Part shown: piece by piece, positions 1-9,005 of the stretch
How positions within the stretch are numbered: the first letter of the stretch is position 1
Layout: every line of letters begins with the position of its first letter
Virus record (IMG/VR): IMGVR_UViG_3300022745_000029
Coordinates: 7,118-71,117 of that record
Strand: one strand, 5' to 3'
Source of the DNA: a virus
Length of the DNA: 64,000 nt
Made by a program: the position numbers and the translations under genes
Notes under the pieces: model-generated
What the model saw: only the letters and a program-made list of their open reading frames with translations
Databases searched by the model: none
What the model was told of the DNA's origin: nothing

Positions 1-157
1 CCTCACCACCCAGCCAGTGGGGGTCGTCGACGTAGTAGGGCCCCTGCTCGCGGTCCATGCGCCGCGTCTGACTGAACTTGAAGAGGAAGTCAACTTCCTC
101 CGCGCTGAGGGGTGGGCTCACGGTGAACGCGCCCTCGAACTCTGTTGTGTACCCCAT
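1..157 (-). CDS. hypothetical phage protein (partial, runs off window start)
   Basis: Manual translation MGYTTEFEGAFTVSPPLSAEEVDFLFKFSQTRRMDR..., open to the window edge; preceded by GGAGTTCAAC-ATG start element. Confidence 0.7.
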   Translation of the reverse strand, partial: MGYTTEFEGAFTVSPPLSAEEVDFLFKFSQTRRMDREQGPYYVDDPHWLGGE

Positions 158-192
158 GTTGAACTCCAGGTTGTGCGCCAAAGCGGCGCGGG

Positions 193-411
193 TTAAGAAA
201 CAGTGACAGGTGCTTTCGTCTCGATCCACACTCTCGCCCCACATGCAAGTGGGGCGTCCGGGCTGTGGACGATCTCGCAGGGCCCCTGGATGAAGGCGCG
301 ATGCGCCCTGCGGTTGCCCTTGTAGGTCTTGACCGTCAGCGGCGGCTCGTTCGTGCCGTTGACGCGGTTGGCCTTGATGACGTGCTGGTTGACGTGGATG
401 ATGGTTTTCAT
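193..411 (-). CDS. conserved small phage protein
   Basis: 72 aa ORF (IHVNQHVIKAN...LACGARVWIET) of a type familiar from phage genomes; coupled to upstream gene by ATGA overlap. Confidence 0.75.
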   Translation of the reverse strand: MKTIIHVNQHVIKANRVNGTNEPPLTVKTYKGNRRAHRAFIQGPCEIVHSPDAPLACGARVWIETKAPVTVS

Positions 412-572
412 GCCTGGCGCTCCTGGGCGGCGCTGGTGAAGTGCTGCTCGGCAGCGGCGTCACGCTGGCGCTGGTTGTAGTCGTCGGCCCAGCGGTCGAC
501 CTGGTCGTTGACGTTGTCGGGGTCGTAGCCTTCCTCACGGAGGCGCTGCCGGATGGCGGCTTCATTGCTCAT
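408..572 (-). CDS. hypothetical protein (54 aa)
   Basis: Manual translation MSNEAAIRQRLREEGYDPDNV...QA*; start element upstream, ATGA overlap downstream. Confidence 0.7.
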   Translation of the reverse strand: MSNEAAIRQRLREEGYDPDNVNDQVDRWADDYNQRQRDAAAEQHFTSAAQERQA

Positions 573-605
573 GGTTGGACTCCAAGGTTGTGCCTTTCGG
601 CGGGG

Positions 606-797
606 TTAGGCTGGCCGGTTACGGTCGACCCACGCGAGCACCTCTCGTACAGTCTTGTGCGACCAGTCGGGATACTCGAAGTTGGGGATGAGCGAGTTGA
701 TCGCGTCGGCGAACATCTCGTCATCGTCGTAGAGGTCGGAGGTCTTCTCGCTGGGCATGAAGCGCTGCAGGTACTTGTAGGCGCGGTAGGGGCTCAT
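606..797 (-). CDS. hypothetical protein
   Basis: MSPYRAYKYLQRF... with AAGGAG RBS; 3' part of the 606..1052 ORF. Confidence 0.65.
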   Translation of the reverse strand: MSPYRAYKYLQRFMPSEKTSDLYDDDEMFADAINSLIPNFEYPDWSHKTVREVLAWVDRNRPA

Positions 798-1003
798 GTG
801 GACTCCTTGAGTTGGACTGCGGGTTGCCAAGGGTTGCGGGGAGAAAACCCGTGCATTCTCAGCATGTCTGGAACGCTCGGGCTGCTGCAGAACGGAGGGG
901 TATCCGGGCGCCCGCCCATCGTTCCACCGACCAGCTTGTGGCCGGTGGCGTCGTCGTGCAGGTTGTAGACGTGAAAGCGGGTGTTGTTGGTTTTTTCGGT
1001 CAT
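794..1003 (-). CDS. hypothetical protein
   Basis: 69 aa ORF with ATGA overlaps at both ends. Confidence 0.5.
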   Translation of the reverse strand: MTEKTNNTRFHVYNLHDDATGHKLVGGTMGGRPDTPPFCSSPSVPDMLRMHGFSPRNPWQPAVQLKEST

Positions 1004-1326
1004 GACAGCAGCTCCTCCGGAACGTCAACTTCTTCCCCGAGTTCGGAGACAACGTAGCAGCGCATGGCTGCTATCAGGGGTGTGGGGCCGTACCGCACGT
1101 GGTCGTCGCACTTCGCCGCCCACATGTCGAGCGCTGGCTGGTAGTACGTTTCTATCTTTTCCCGCTCAATGATCGGCCAGGCCAGCGCCGGGTCGGCGGA
1201 GTACGCGTATTCCCCCGCAAGGCTCAGGACAAAATCGTCGATGTCCTCGGACACCTCCTCCTCTAGCCTTGCCACCAGCCAGTCCAGCACGACGCCGGTG
1301 GCTTCGGATACTTTGATTTTGGTCAT
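1000..1326 (-). CDS. DUF2591/NinX-like phage protein
   Basis: Motifs LDWLVA, YSADPALAWPIIEREKI, GPTPLIAAMRCYV..ELGEEVDVPEEL typical of the family. Confidence 0.75.
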   Translation of the reverse strand: MTKIKVSEATGVVLDWLVARLEEEVSEDIDDFVLSLAGEYAYSADPALAWPIIEREKIETYYQPALDMWAAKCDDHVRYGPTPLIAAMRCYVVSELGEEVDVPEELLS

Positions 1327-1562
1327 TCAATGCCCCTTGTGTATTCGGTGTATGGGTTGCAGCCGTCGAGTTCTGCCTCCTCGTCGTATAGGCGCCCCCA
1401 GACCCAATCCCAGTAACCTTGGCGGGTGTACCCGTCCGCAACTTGGCACCGCCACTCCGCCGACGTGTACGCAGGGTGTTCGTCACCCACACTGGTCGGA
1501 TCGTATTTGGCCTGTAACTCGGCTGCGGAGAGCCGGAAGTCGCCTATGTTCCACTGCGTCAT
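1323..1562 (-). CDS. hypothetical protein
   Basis: ORF overlapping neighbours by start/stop; EHPAY..W...V..G.TR.GYWDWV motif. Confidence 0.7.
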   Translation of the reverse strand: MTQWNIGDFRLSAAELQAKYDPTSVGDEHPAYTSAEWRCQVADGYTRQGYWDWVWGRLYDEEAELDGCNPYTEYTRGIE

Positions 1563-1738
1563 CAAGTTCTCCTCATGAGTTCCAACGTACGGACCCGACG
1601 CAGCTCAAGCTGGCAGTCGGTGTGGTACTGGAACAGGTTGGTGTAGTAGGCGGCGGGGTTGCCCGCCCGGTCTTTCTTGGCGCGCTCCGCTGCAGAGGGC
1701 ACGAGCACAATCTCGCGGTTGCAGTGTTTGCACTTCAT
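1562..1738 (-). CDS. small CxxC (zinc-binding) protein
   Basis: MKCKHC...HTDC; GGAG RBS upstream; 3' half of the 1562..1897 ORF. Confidence 0.65.
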   Translation of the reverse strand: MKCKHCNREIVLVPSAAERAKKDRAGNPAAYYTNLFQYHTDCQLELRRVRTLELMRRT

Positions 1739-1893
1739 GACTCGAACTCCAGAGTTATGGGTGTGTCGCTGCGTGCGATGACGTTGACGTAGATGGGCAG
1801 TCGATCGAGCGGGTCTGCCGACATGCTCAAGGAGTTCTTGCCAGTCGTAGTTGAAGGCTTCGTTGTCTGCGCTGTAACAGTATTCGACTGCCA

Positions 1894-2319
1894 TCACGCA
1901 CCTCCGTTCTTGGCGCGGAGGACGGCTTCAACAGCGTCTATCTGTGAGTCAAAAAGTCCGTGGTTAGCCCACAACACCGTTCTCTCCGCATCCGTCAACT
2001 CCACCCACCGCGCTGGCTTGGCATACCCGGCATCCACCACAGTGCGCCCGCGCTCTGCGGCACATGGCGGACATATAAGACAGCATTTGGTCGCTGTTCC
2101 TGCGGCACCGCCTTTCAGTGGGTAGTCTTCAATAATCGGGGTGCCAAGTGAACAGGGCTGACGCCACTCAGGCCAACACCTGTTAGGGTGCATGTCCAGC
2201 CACATTGCAGAGTGACACGGTTCTATCCAGTGATATTCCCAGCGCCCACCAAACCAGCGGCGATACCACTGAAAACGGCTAAGGGCGTGCTTAAAAAAGA
2301 AGCTCCGAAAGATGTTCAT
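1894..2319 (-). CDS. hypothetical mosaic accessory protein
   Basis: Start at GTGATG after GGCGGTG; C-terminus WVELTDAE...AVEAVLRAKN typical of shuffled phage accessory genes. Confidence 0.6.
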   Translation of the reverse strand: MNIFRSFFFKHALSRFQWYRRWFGGRWEYHWIEPCHSAMWLDMHPNRCWPEWRQPCSLGTPIIEDYPLKGGAAGTATKCCLICPPCAAERGRTVVDAGYAKPARWVELTDAERTVLWANHGLFDSQIDAVEAVLRAKNGGA

Positions 2320-3254
2320 CACGCACCGCCTTTCTTCGCCTCTGCCTCTGCTGCGATTCGCAAATTTTCCCAAAGCTTCCAAGTTTGAGAGCCAATTGCG
2401 TAGCTGTGCAGTCCACAGCTGACTGCGTGTTCTTCATTGCTAAGAAGCGCCTCTACCGCCTCCAGCAGCCGCGCATTCACCGGCTCTGGCTGTGCTGGCG
2501 TAGCGTCGTCAAGCAGCGCCTCGAATTGCTGATTGAGTCGCCTGAGCAGTGGCAGCGCTGCATCGTTCAAAAGTGCCAGCGCCTGATCCCTTGAAAAAGT
2601 GGGACGCTTGTCGGGCTGTGCTGGCGTGTGCGCGTCGTACCCCTTGCAATGCCCAGCGTAAAAGATGCGCCTGTTGACCGCGCTATCAAGCTGCGGACGT
2701 GCTTCAAAGTATTTGTCCGAGGCGGCATTGAAATGGCCCTCGCGTACTGCTAGATACTGCTCATGCGTAGGCTGTGCTGGCGCTACGGAAAAAATAAGGC
2801 CACGCGCCCACTTTGCACCCTCAATGTAGGCATGTATCTCGGTCGCCCACCATGTTGGATTAGCTGCCTTGGCATGCCTTTCAATTTCAGCGTCTGTTGA
2901 TAAGGAAGGTACGCCCGGCGCTGCCGTGCGCTCACCACGGTTGAAAAGCATCATGGCGAAATTGCCAACATCAACCGGGTCGCCCTTGGGGATGTGGGCG
3001 ACAAGCATGGATTGGAGGCGCTCCGTGGGGCAATCAACCTTGTCATCCCAACCGCAGTAGCCCTTTGCCCGTTGTGCAGCCATCTTGGCTTTCATGGCCT
3101 CTGCAAAAGCATCCACAGCGGCATCGTCGGGGTGTTGTGCTGGCGCTGCTGTGAGCGCTTCCAGTGCGTCGGCGGCTTCAAGCAAAAGTAAATGATCGGC
3201 GCTGGTGCCGTCGCCCAGACGCAGCCGTGCAATCAGGTCTTTGTGGTTAGTCAT
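2319..3254 (-). CDS. multi-module accessory protein (Ead/Ea22-like mosaic)
   Basis: MTNHKDLIARLR start; HPDDAAVDAFAEAMKAKM..GW..GDPVDVGNFAMML module; PAQP linkers. Confidence 0.7.
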   Translation of the reverse strand: MTNHKDLIARLRLGDGTSADHLLLLEAADALEALTAAPAQHPDDAAVDAFAEAMKAKMAAQRAKGYCGWDDKVDCPTERLQSMLVAHIPKGDPVDVGNFAMMLFNRGERTAAPGVPSLSTDAEIERHAKAANPTWWATEIHAYIEGAKWARGLIFSVAPAQPTHEQYLAVREGHFNAASDKYFEARPQLDSAVNRRIFYAGHCKGYDAHTPAQPDKRPTFSRDQALALLNDAALPLLRRLNQQFEALLDDATPAQPEPVNARLLEAVEALLSNEEHAVSCGLHSYAIGSQTWKLWENLRIAAEAEAKKGGA

Positions 3255-3450
3255 CAAGCATCTCCGAAGTAAACACGCCTTGCCAGTAAGCGGCACCCAT
3301 TGTTTCCACATGCGCCGCGTTGAGAACATCGTTGATTTTTTCTAGGCATCCTCGCAGTTTTATCGTCGGGCCATTCCTGCCATGCAAAGACTCAATGTCT
3401 TTCAGAGCGATTTCAGCCGAAACGATCAACGGTAGTTTTGGTGAAGTCAT
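3247..3450 (-). CDS. hypothetical protein
   Basis: MTSPKLPLIV... with AGGA RBS, overlaps next start. Confidence 0.55.
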   Translation of the reverse strand: MTSPKLPLIVSAEIALKDIESLHGRNGPTIKLRGCLEKINDVLNAAHVETMGAAYWQGVFTSEMLDD

Positions 3451-3571
3451 ATCAGTTCCTAAAACAAGCCACAATAAAAAGCAGGCACAGCACCGCCAGC
3501 CCGATGCCGAATACAAGCCCGAATGCGCATCCGAAAAGCGCGCAGCCGCGCTATCAGGTCTTTGAGGTCAG

Positions 3572-3751
3572 TCATTCAATCTCCTCCAAGAGAAAAACGG
3601 CAAACCAATCCTGCGCGTCCGAGAGTGTTTCTCGCTTTCGAGCAATGGTGTCCTCGCGGCCCCCAAACCCCAAACTGCGCTCCGCTTCTGCAATACGGTC
3701 TTGATGCTCTTTAATGCGTTCCATTGCCCTGAGAAGTTGCCCGTATGTCAT
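3572..3751 (-). CDS. hypothetical protein (59 aa)
   Basis: Manual translation MTYGQLLRAMERIKEHQDRIAEAE...EIE*; ATGA overlaps at both ends. Confidence 0.55.
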   Translation of the reverse strand: MTYGQLLRAMERIKEHQDRIAEAERSLGFGGREDTIARKRETLSDAQDWFAVFLLEEIE

Positions 3752-4209
3752 GCTTGTCCTTTCAGTGCGGCCTCGATGGCGCGGGCGAACTCGTAGTCGC
3801 CACCTGCACGACCTGTGTTGTATCGCTGCGCAATTTGCTCAATTTGCGCATCCGTCAGGCTTGCGGCTGGGTGGGTGTAGAGCTTGACTCTTGTGTTCTT
3901 TCCGTTAAGAAAATCTCCGGGGTTATTTCCCGAGTAAAGCAACACTTCCCGACACCAGTGTTTCCCGTTTTCCGCCGGCAAGAGATGATTTTTGTGCACT
4001 TCCGCCACCGGCTCCCCCTCCGCCAGCACCGATGCGCGGCCTGCGTCGTAGGCTGTGCGCATTGCCTTGCGTGTGTTTTCTGGCGAAATCGTTGCGCAAT
4101 GTGGCTCGTAGTTTTCTGACAGACTTCTGTACTCTGAGCCTTGAGGGCCGTTTATCAGAGCCGTTGGGGACGCTTCCGGCAGCGGCAGCTTGTCTGCTGG
4201 GTGTGTCAT
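3748..4209 (-). CDS. hypothetical mosaic accessory protein
   Basis: MTHPADKLPLP..., EPVA..., KLYTHPAASLTDAQI...FARAIEAAL module; GGAGG RBS. Confidence 0.65.
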   Translation of the reverse strand: MTHPADKLPLPEASPTALINGPQGSEYRSLSENYEPHCATISPENTRKAMRTAYDAGRASVLAEGEPVAEVHKNHLLPAENGKHWCREVLLYSGNNPGDFLNGKNTRVKLYTHPAASLTDAQIEQIAQRYNTGRAGGDYEFARAIEAALKGQA

Positions 4210-4373
4210 TTCGCCCTCCAATCCACCGAGGGCCGCGAGCGGTGCAGAACCCACTTGTGGCCAAGGTTGCGCACGGCTTTGACCCAGGCGCGCTGGTTGC
4301 GACGATTGACCTCGCGCGGAACGAGGTCGGAACAGAAGTGGCGGCGCACGCGGCGCAGGAGTGTGGTGTTCAT
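4206..4373 (-). CDS. conserved small basic phage protein (55 aa)
   Basis: Manual translation MNTTLLRRVRRHF...NRRNQRAWVKAVRNLGHKWVL; GGAGG RBS; ATGA overlaps. Confidence 0.7.
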   Translation of the reverse strand: MNTTLLRRVRRHFCSDLVPREVNRRNQRAWVKAVRNLGHKWVLHRSRPSVDWRAK

Positions 4374-5551
4374 GCTGGCACCTCCGGCACGGTCAGGCCG
4401 ACCTCCACACGAATGTCCACACGGATGGCGTCGATCTCTTCCTTCTCGCTGGCGCGGTCACGCGCCAGGCACTTGAGCACCTCGATGACCTGGTCGGCGC
4501 GGTTGGCGCCGGGGATGCTCTCCGGGCGCCACGGCGTGTTCTCGCCGATCCAATCGAGCACGCGGTCGAGGCCGTCGGGGGCCTTGTCAATCACGCTGTC
4601 GCCCTCGGTGAGCTGGACAGTGACTGCCTCGTTTTCGGCGCACGGCGCGTCGCCGATCTCCTCAATCGCGTCGTAAGGAGACTCGTGCCACTTGTGGGGA
4701 GAGTCTGTGCCGTCCGCACGCAGGGAGTGAGCACCGGTGTAGTCGCCCAAGCCCCGGGTCCAGTACACGTGCTCAGGGTAGGACAGGTTGGCCCCCATCT
4801 TTAAGCACTCAACCGTCTGCCCGTTGCGCAGGCGGTAGGCCTTGCCGACCTGCATGCGCAGGGGCTTGGGTGCCGGGGTTGGGGCGGCTTCGCTGTCTGT
4901 GGCGTTGTCGCTGACGCTGACGTTGTCGGGGTCCTCCTTCTGCAGACGCTCGACGAGGTCAAACGGGTGGTCAACGCCCTCCGCCGCCCAGCGGCCTGAC
5001 GCGGTAATGTACCGCCGAACGCCCCCCGACGCCCTGAAGGCGTAGGGTCCGATTTCGTCCTCATCGAACTCCACACACTCGACAACGGCGCCGTCACGGC
5101 GGCGGTAGATGCCGCCGACTTCCATGATGAAGGCGGGTGAGGTTTCCGCCACAGGCTCCTCCGGCTTGGCCACGACCTCCTGCAGGATGCTGTGGCCATT
5201 CGTGTGGCTGTACCCATAGCAACAAACACCACTCGCCGTGTACCAGAAGCCGTTGGACAGGAGAAAGTCGCCGTAACCGTCTGGCCCGTCCGGCGCCGTC
5301 ACCACGTCGCCGACGAACGTCATGTAGGTGCCGCCCTCGCGCAGGGTCAGGACTTCATGTACGAGGCTCGGGCCGTTCAGCGGGCCGGTGTCCCCGTGAC
5401 AGACACCGTGGTCGTCATAGGTGTACCTGCCCCCCGCCCACGTGTGGTCTCCAGAGCGCGAGTCACTCGACGTGTGCGGCTTGACCTGCACTTGGTCACC
5501 GTCGCGGGAAAGGTAGGTCGCGCCTTCGCGCAATTGCAGTTTGCTGCTCAT
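4370..5551 (-). CDS. protein with four tandem repeats of an uncharacterised domain
   Basis: Repeats begin LQLREGATYLSRDG / LTLREGGTYMTFVG / IMEVGGIYRRRDG / LRMQVGKAYRLRNG; start element at 5549-5587. Confidence 0.75.
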   Translation of the reverse strand: MSSKLQLREGATYLSRDGDQVQVKPHTSSDSRSGDHTWAGGRYTYDDHGVCHGDTGPLNGPSLVHEVLTLREGGTYMTFVGDVVTAPDGPDGYGDFLLSNGFWYTASGVCCYGYSHTNGHSILQEVVAKPEEPVAETSPAFIMEVGGIYRRRDGAVVECVEFDEDEIGPYAFRASGGVRRYITASGRWAAEGVDHPFDLVERLQKEDPDNVSVSDNATDSEAAPTPAPKPLRMQVGKAYRLRNGQTVECLKMGANLSYPEHVYWTRGLGDYTGAHSLRADGTDSPHKWHESPYDAIEEIGDAPCAENEAVTVQLTEGDSVIDKAPDGLDRVLDWIGENTPWRPESIPGANRADQVIEVLKCLARDRASEKEEIDAIRVDIRVEVGLTVPEVPA

Positions 5552-5692
5552 AAAGTTGGACTCCAAGGTTGCGGCCCAAGGTGGGCCAAATGCCGGTGTG
5601 TCACCAGCGAGGCGAATCTTCACACGAAGATATTACAAATTGGCGACTCTTAAACGGAATTAAGGACTTTTAAGGTTTCTTACTGCAGGTGT

Positions 5693-5935
5693 TCAGGCTG
5701 TACTCAGCTTGTCATGGCAAGCGCCCCACGTGTGGGTGTCCCCGTGCCTGACAAGCGTGGAGCCGTCCGCGAACTCCATGCGGGTCAGACACTCCGCCGT
5801 CTGACCCAGCGTGTCGTTCAGGTCTTCGTACTCCACTGCCTTGGCGTAGAACGAGGCCCCGATGACCCTGGCCATCTGCTCGGTCAAACTCGCTGCGCCG
5901 TTGATGCGATCTGCGTGAACTTGTGCTGTGCTCAC
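5693..5935 (-). CDS. hypothetical protein
   Basis: 80 aa ORF with GAGGGG RBS; FADGSTL motif. Confidence 0.6.
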   Translation of the reverse strand: MSTAQVHADRINGAASLTEQMARVIGASFYAKAVEYEDLNDTLGQTAECLTRMEFADGSTLVRHGDTHTWGACHDKLSTA

Positions 5936-5938
5936 GGC

Positions 5939-6100
5939 TCAGTACCCCTCGAACATGCCAAGCGTGATGAAGTGCGCGAATTCGCGCCCCAAGTCGTAGG
6001 CCTCGATCAAGCCGTAATCGAAATAGGCCCGCGTGTAGTCGCTGCGGAATTCAGCGAAACCGGTCAGGAAGGCGCAGATGCGCTGGATTTCGTAGAACAT
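5939..6100 (-). CDS. conserved small phage protein (53 aa)
   Basis: Manual translation MFYEIQRICAFLTGFAEFRSDYT...EAYDLGREFAH; AAGGAG RBS. Confidence 0.7.
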   Translation of the reverse strand: MFYEIQRICAFLTGFAEFRSDYTRAYFDYGLIEAYDLGREFAHFITLGMFEGY

Positions 6101-6163
6101 GTCAAGTCTCCTTACAGGTTGTAGGTCTTGCGGAATTGCTCGATGGTTTTCGCCTCGGCCATG

Positions 6164-6457
6164 TCAGGGCTCCACGCCGCCAAGCCTGGCGGCGCGCGCC
6201 TTCAGCTCGCACAGCTCTTCGTCGAGCCTGGCGATGACGCGGCAGGCATCGGAAAGCTCATCTTCGAGGCTACCCACACACCCCAGAAGGTTCAGCACCA
6301 CAAGGGTGAGCACCGGCGCCAGTTCGCCTGGGTGAAGGTGGAGCCCTTCCAGGTACGGCCGCACCTCCTCCATCGACCCCGTCCGTAGGGTGTCAGGGTC
6401 CGCGAACCCGAATTCCGTCCACCCGCTGAACCACTCCACTGGCGGATACGCGCTCAC
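6164..6457 (-). CDS. hypothetical protein
   Basis: 97 aa ORF, GTGA overlap with upstream gene, coiled-coil C-terminus. Confidence 0.6.
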   Translation of the reverse strand: MSAYPPVEWFSGWTEFGFADPDTLRTGSMEEVRPYLEGLHLHPGELAPVLTLVVLNLLGCVGSLEDELSDACRVIARLDEELCELKARAARLGGVEP

Positions 6458-6942
6458 TTCACACCGCCTTCCGCGCCACAGTCCATCGCGTCGTCATCCC
6501 ACTCGCTGGCCAACTTCTTGATCGTGCTGTCGTAGCCCGAGGCGAACGCCTCCAGCACGGGCAGGAGGAAGTCGCCGGCGTGCTTGATCGACAGCTCGGC
6601 GATCAGGGCCTTGGCGGTGATGCCGTAGCGGCGGTACAGGCTCGGGACGATGGCGGCAAATGGGGCGTACTCGCCGCGCAGCTCGCGCAGGTCGGGGTCG
6701 ATGACTTCGAGGTGGGCGCGGACGGGCGTCCTGCCGTTCTGGCCAGGCTGCCCCAGTTCCAGATCGAGCTCGACGATGTTCCCATTGGCCATGCGGAATT
6801 CGAGTTCGACGACGCGCCGGGGCTTGATCTGTGCGGCGGAGTTGAAGAGCTCAAGGATTGAGAAGTGCGCGGTGGTCTCCACCGGCGTTGACGTTGTCGG
6901 GGCGCGCACAGAGACGAGCACACCGTGCAAGGGTGATTCCAT
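6454..6942 (-). CDS. hypothetical protein
   Basis: MESPLHGV... directly after start element 6940-6979. Confidence 0.7.
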   Translation of the reverse strand: MESPLHGVLVSVRAPTTSTPVETTAHFSILELFNSAAQIKPRRVVELEFRMANGNIVELDLELGQPGQNGRTPVRAHLEVIDPDLRELRGEYAPFAAIVPSLYRRYGITAKALIAELSIKHAGDFLLPVLEAFASGYDSTIKKLASEWDDDAMDCGAEGGVK

Positions 6943-6979
6943 GTTGGACTCCAAAGTTGTGGGGCAAGGTGCCCCGGGG

Positions 6980-7459
6980 TTACTTCTGCGTGCAGAGGGC
7001 GATCGCGAGGGTGAAGAGGCAGGCGCGATCGTCCGGGCGCCCCAGGCAGCCCCAGTGCTCAAGCGCCGCGCCCTTCGTCATGGCGACCCGGCGCCCCGCG
7101 TAGAACCGCCCCGCGTTCGACATCCACAGCCCGTAGTATTCACGGGCAATGAGGGTGCCGGCCACGCCGAAGGCGTGGGTGAGCTTGGGCACCTCCGCTC
7201 GGGGGTTGAGCACCAGGGAGCCCCCCACCTTGGCGAGGCTTGGCAGGTTCGCCTTTGCCTGGATAACGCAGCGGGCGCCTACCTCGGTGAGCAGAGGGGC
7301 GTCGAACTTATTGAAGATGAAAAGGTCGCCGCCGACTTTGACGAGGTTGGGCATGCTCGCCGAGACCACCATATCCAGGGTCCCCCGGACTTCAGTCAGC
7401 CCGGCGGCGTACTTGCGGTTTTTCTTGGTGACGATGAGGTCACCCTCGTGAATGGTCAT
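6980..7459 (-). CDS. leucine-rich beta-solenoid repeat protein
   Basis: Repeats LTEVRGTL / PNLVKVGGDL / PLLTEVGAR / PSLAKVGGSL; start element upstream. Confidence 0.7.
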   Translation of the reverse strand: MTIHEGDLIVTKKNRKYAAGLTEVRGTLDMVVSASMPNLVKVGGDLFIFNKFDAPLLTEVGARCVIQAKANLPSLAKVGGSLVLNPRAEVPKLTHAFGVAGTLIAREYYGLWMSNAGRFYAGRRVAMTKGAALEHWGCLGRPDDRACLFTLAIALCTQK

Positions 7460-7673
7460 GTTGGACTCCAAAGTGGTGGGCAAGGTGCAGCAAAGCGCTG
7501 CGGAAGTGGCTCAAGTGAGCCGGGAACGGGAGTGTAGACGTTGTCGGGGCGGTGCCGTTGACGTTGTCGGGGCAAGCTCGAAAGTGCATAAAAGCCTTGC
7601 GGGACAAGCACTTACAGAATTGGGCACCCCTAGACCTACGTTTTACAGGGGAAACGAGGTAAGTGCCCTTTTC

Positions 7674-7712
7674 TTTCAAAAGTCATTTCACATTATGAAA
7701 TCACTTTTGAAA
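7674..7712. promoter_or_regulatory. AT-rich 17-bp inverted repeat with core TTTCACATTATGAAA (second core copy at 8295-8309)
   Basis: TTTCAAAAGTCATTTCA-CATTA-TGAAATCACTTTTGAAA, one mismatch. Confidence 0.6.
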
Positions 7713-7954
7713 AAATACCTGAATCATTAAAAAAAAAACAGTCTTCATTTTTGAACCCTCTAAATCTTCAAGCACTTGTCAGGCAACAGAAATTTGGCAC
7801 TTGACTAAAAAGGGTCGAGTACTACAAATTTCCAAGGGGTACTACTTTTTTGAGCAAGATTCTTGCTTTACAATCGTCATAAATAGTGCTCACTCACTTT
7901 AAAAATGATAGCAAAACACCGTTTCGGCAAGAATCGTGCCAGCTTGAGTAGGGC

Positions 7955-8122
7955 CTAAGTACCAATCTTCTCCAGGAAGCCCATGACAACGGCGCCGACG
8001 AGGCTCAGGCCGGCCACTTCGCCAAGCAGTCGAGCTTCTTGCTCGGTGCCAAATACCGCCGCCACCAGGCAGACAGCAGCTTGTACACCGAGGAAGCTGG
8101 TGAAGATGTAGGGCTTGAGCAT
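7955..8122 (-). CDS. small membrane protein
   Basis: MLKPYIFTSFLGVQAAVCLVAAVFG...; two hydrophobic segments; GGAGTTCAATC-ATG. Confidence 0.55.
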   Translation of the reverse strand: MLKPYIFTSFLGVQAAVCLVAAVFGTEQEARLLGEVAGLSLVGAVVMGFLEKIGT

Positions 8123-8753
8123 GATTGAACTCCGAAAATGGGCACAAAGCCTTGCACAGCTTGCCCGTTTAGCTATCAAAACGATAGCGGAATTGGTTTG
8201 GAAACGCGGCGGGGCGCTATTCATCAACGGAATAGCGGTGCCAGACCTGGGCCCGTTGTCCCCGACAACGTCAAATGCAGAGCAAATGTCAACATTCCAC
8301 ATTATGAAAAGTTGGACTCCAAAGATGTCTGACGCAAGCGGACAGGCCTTGACCCAGGCCCCGACAACGTCAATGTCCGGGCACACTGGGCACGTTGGAC
8401 TCCAAAGAGAGCTGACGCAAGCGGCCAGCCCCAGGCCCCGACAACGTCAAAGCGCCCGTAATTGCTGCGTTTTCAGCTATCGTTTCGATAGCAACATCAA
8501 CGAGCAGTGGGCAATGACGTTGTCGGGGCCCCTGCCAGTGGCAGTGGCAGTGACGTTGTCGGGGCGTCAGCCCACCGCCTCGAAATGGCGCTTGATCCCA
8601 CAGGCCCCGTCCCACGGGTTTGCCGCCCGGTAGGGCACAGGAGGGTTACCGCCTTGACTGCGGCGCCCAGTGCCCCCGACAACGGCACGGACCAGGGGTT
8701 TGCGCATGGTGCCGGCGGGTACTCGAACTACGACGCCGCTCGGGGTTTTACGT

Positions 8754-9002
8754 TTACGCATAGGTCCGCATCCAATTCGATTTGGAAGTGCGCCCGTCAT
8801 CGGACGGAATCGAGGCTACGTAAGGACTGGCGTCGTAGACCTGGCGGCCTTGCGGCCCGCGCACAATTCCCCGGCAGCGGTCGGCTGCGTCGGTCGCCCG
8901 CAACAGGCTCTTGTATTCGCGGCCATACCGAGTCAGAACCAGACCGCCGCAAGGTTCGCCGTACCCGTCGTTGACGGGTGTTGCCCTGTAGACTTGGTAC
9001 AT
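8754..9002 (-). CDS. hypothetical protein
   Basis: 82 aa ORF, tightly packed behind 9006..9209. Confidence 0.55.
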   Translation of the reverse strand: MYQVYRATPVNDGYGEPCGGLVLTRYGREYKSLLRATDAADRCRGIVRGPQGRQVYDASPYVASIPSDDGRTSKSNWMRTYA

Positions 9003-9005
9003 GGT

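Noticed and set aside
5572-5587. N4-type hairpin promoters for a virion RNA polymerase
   Set aside because: No phage RNA polymerase gene in the window, and the hairpins abut RBSs rather than lying upstream of leaders
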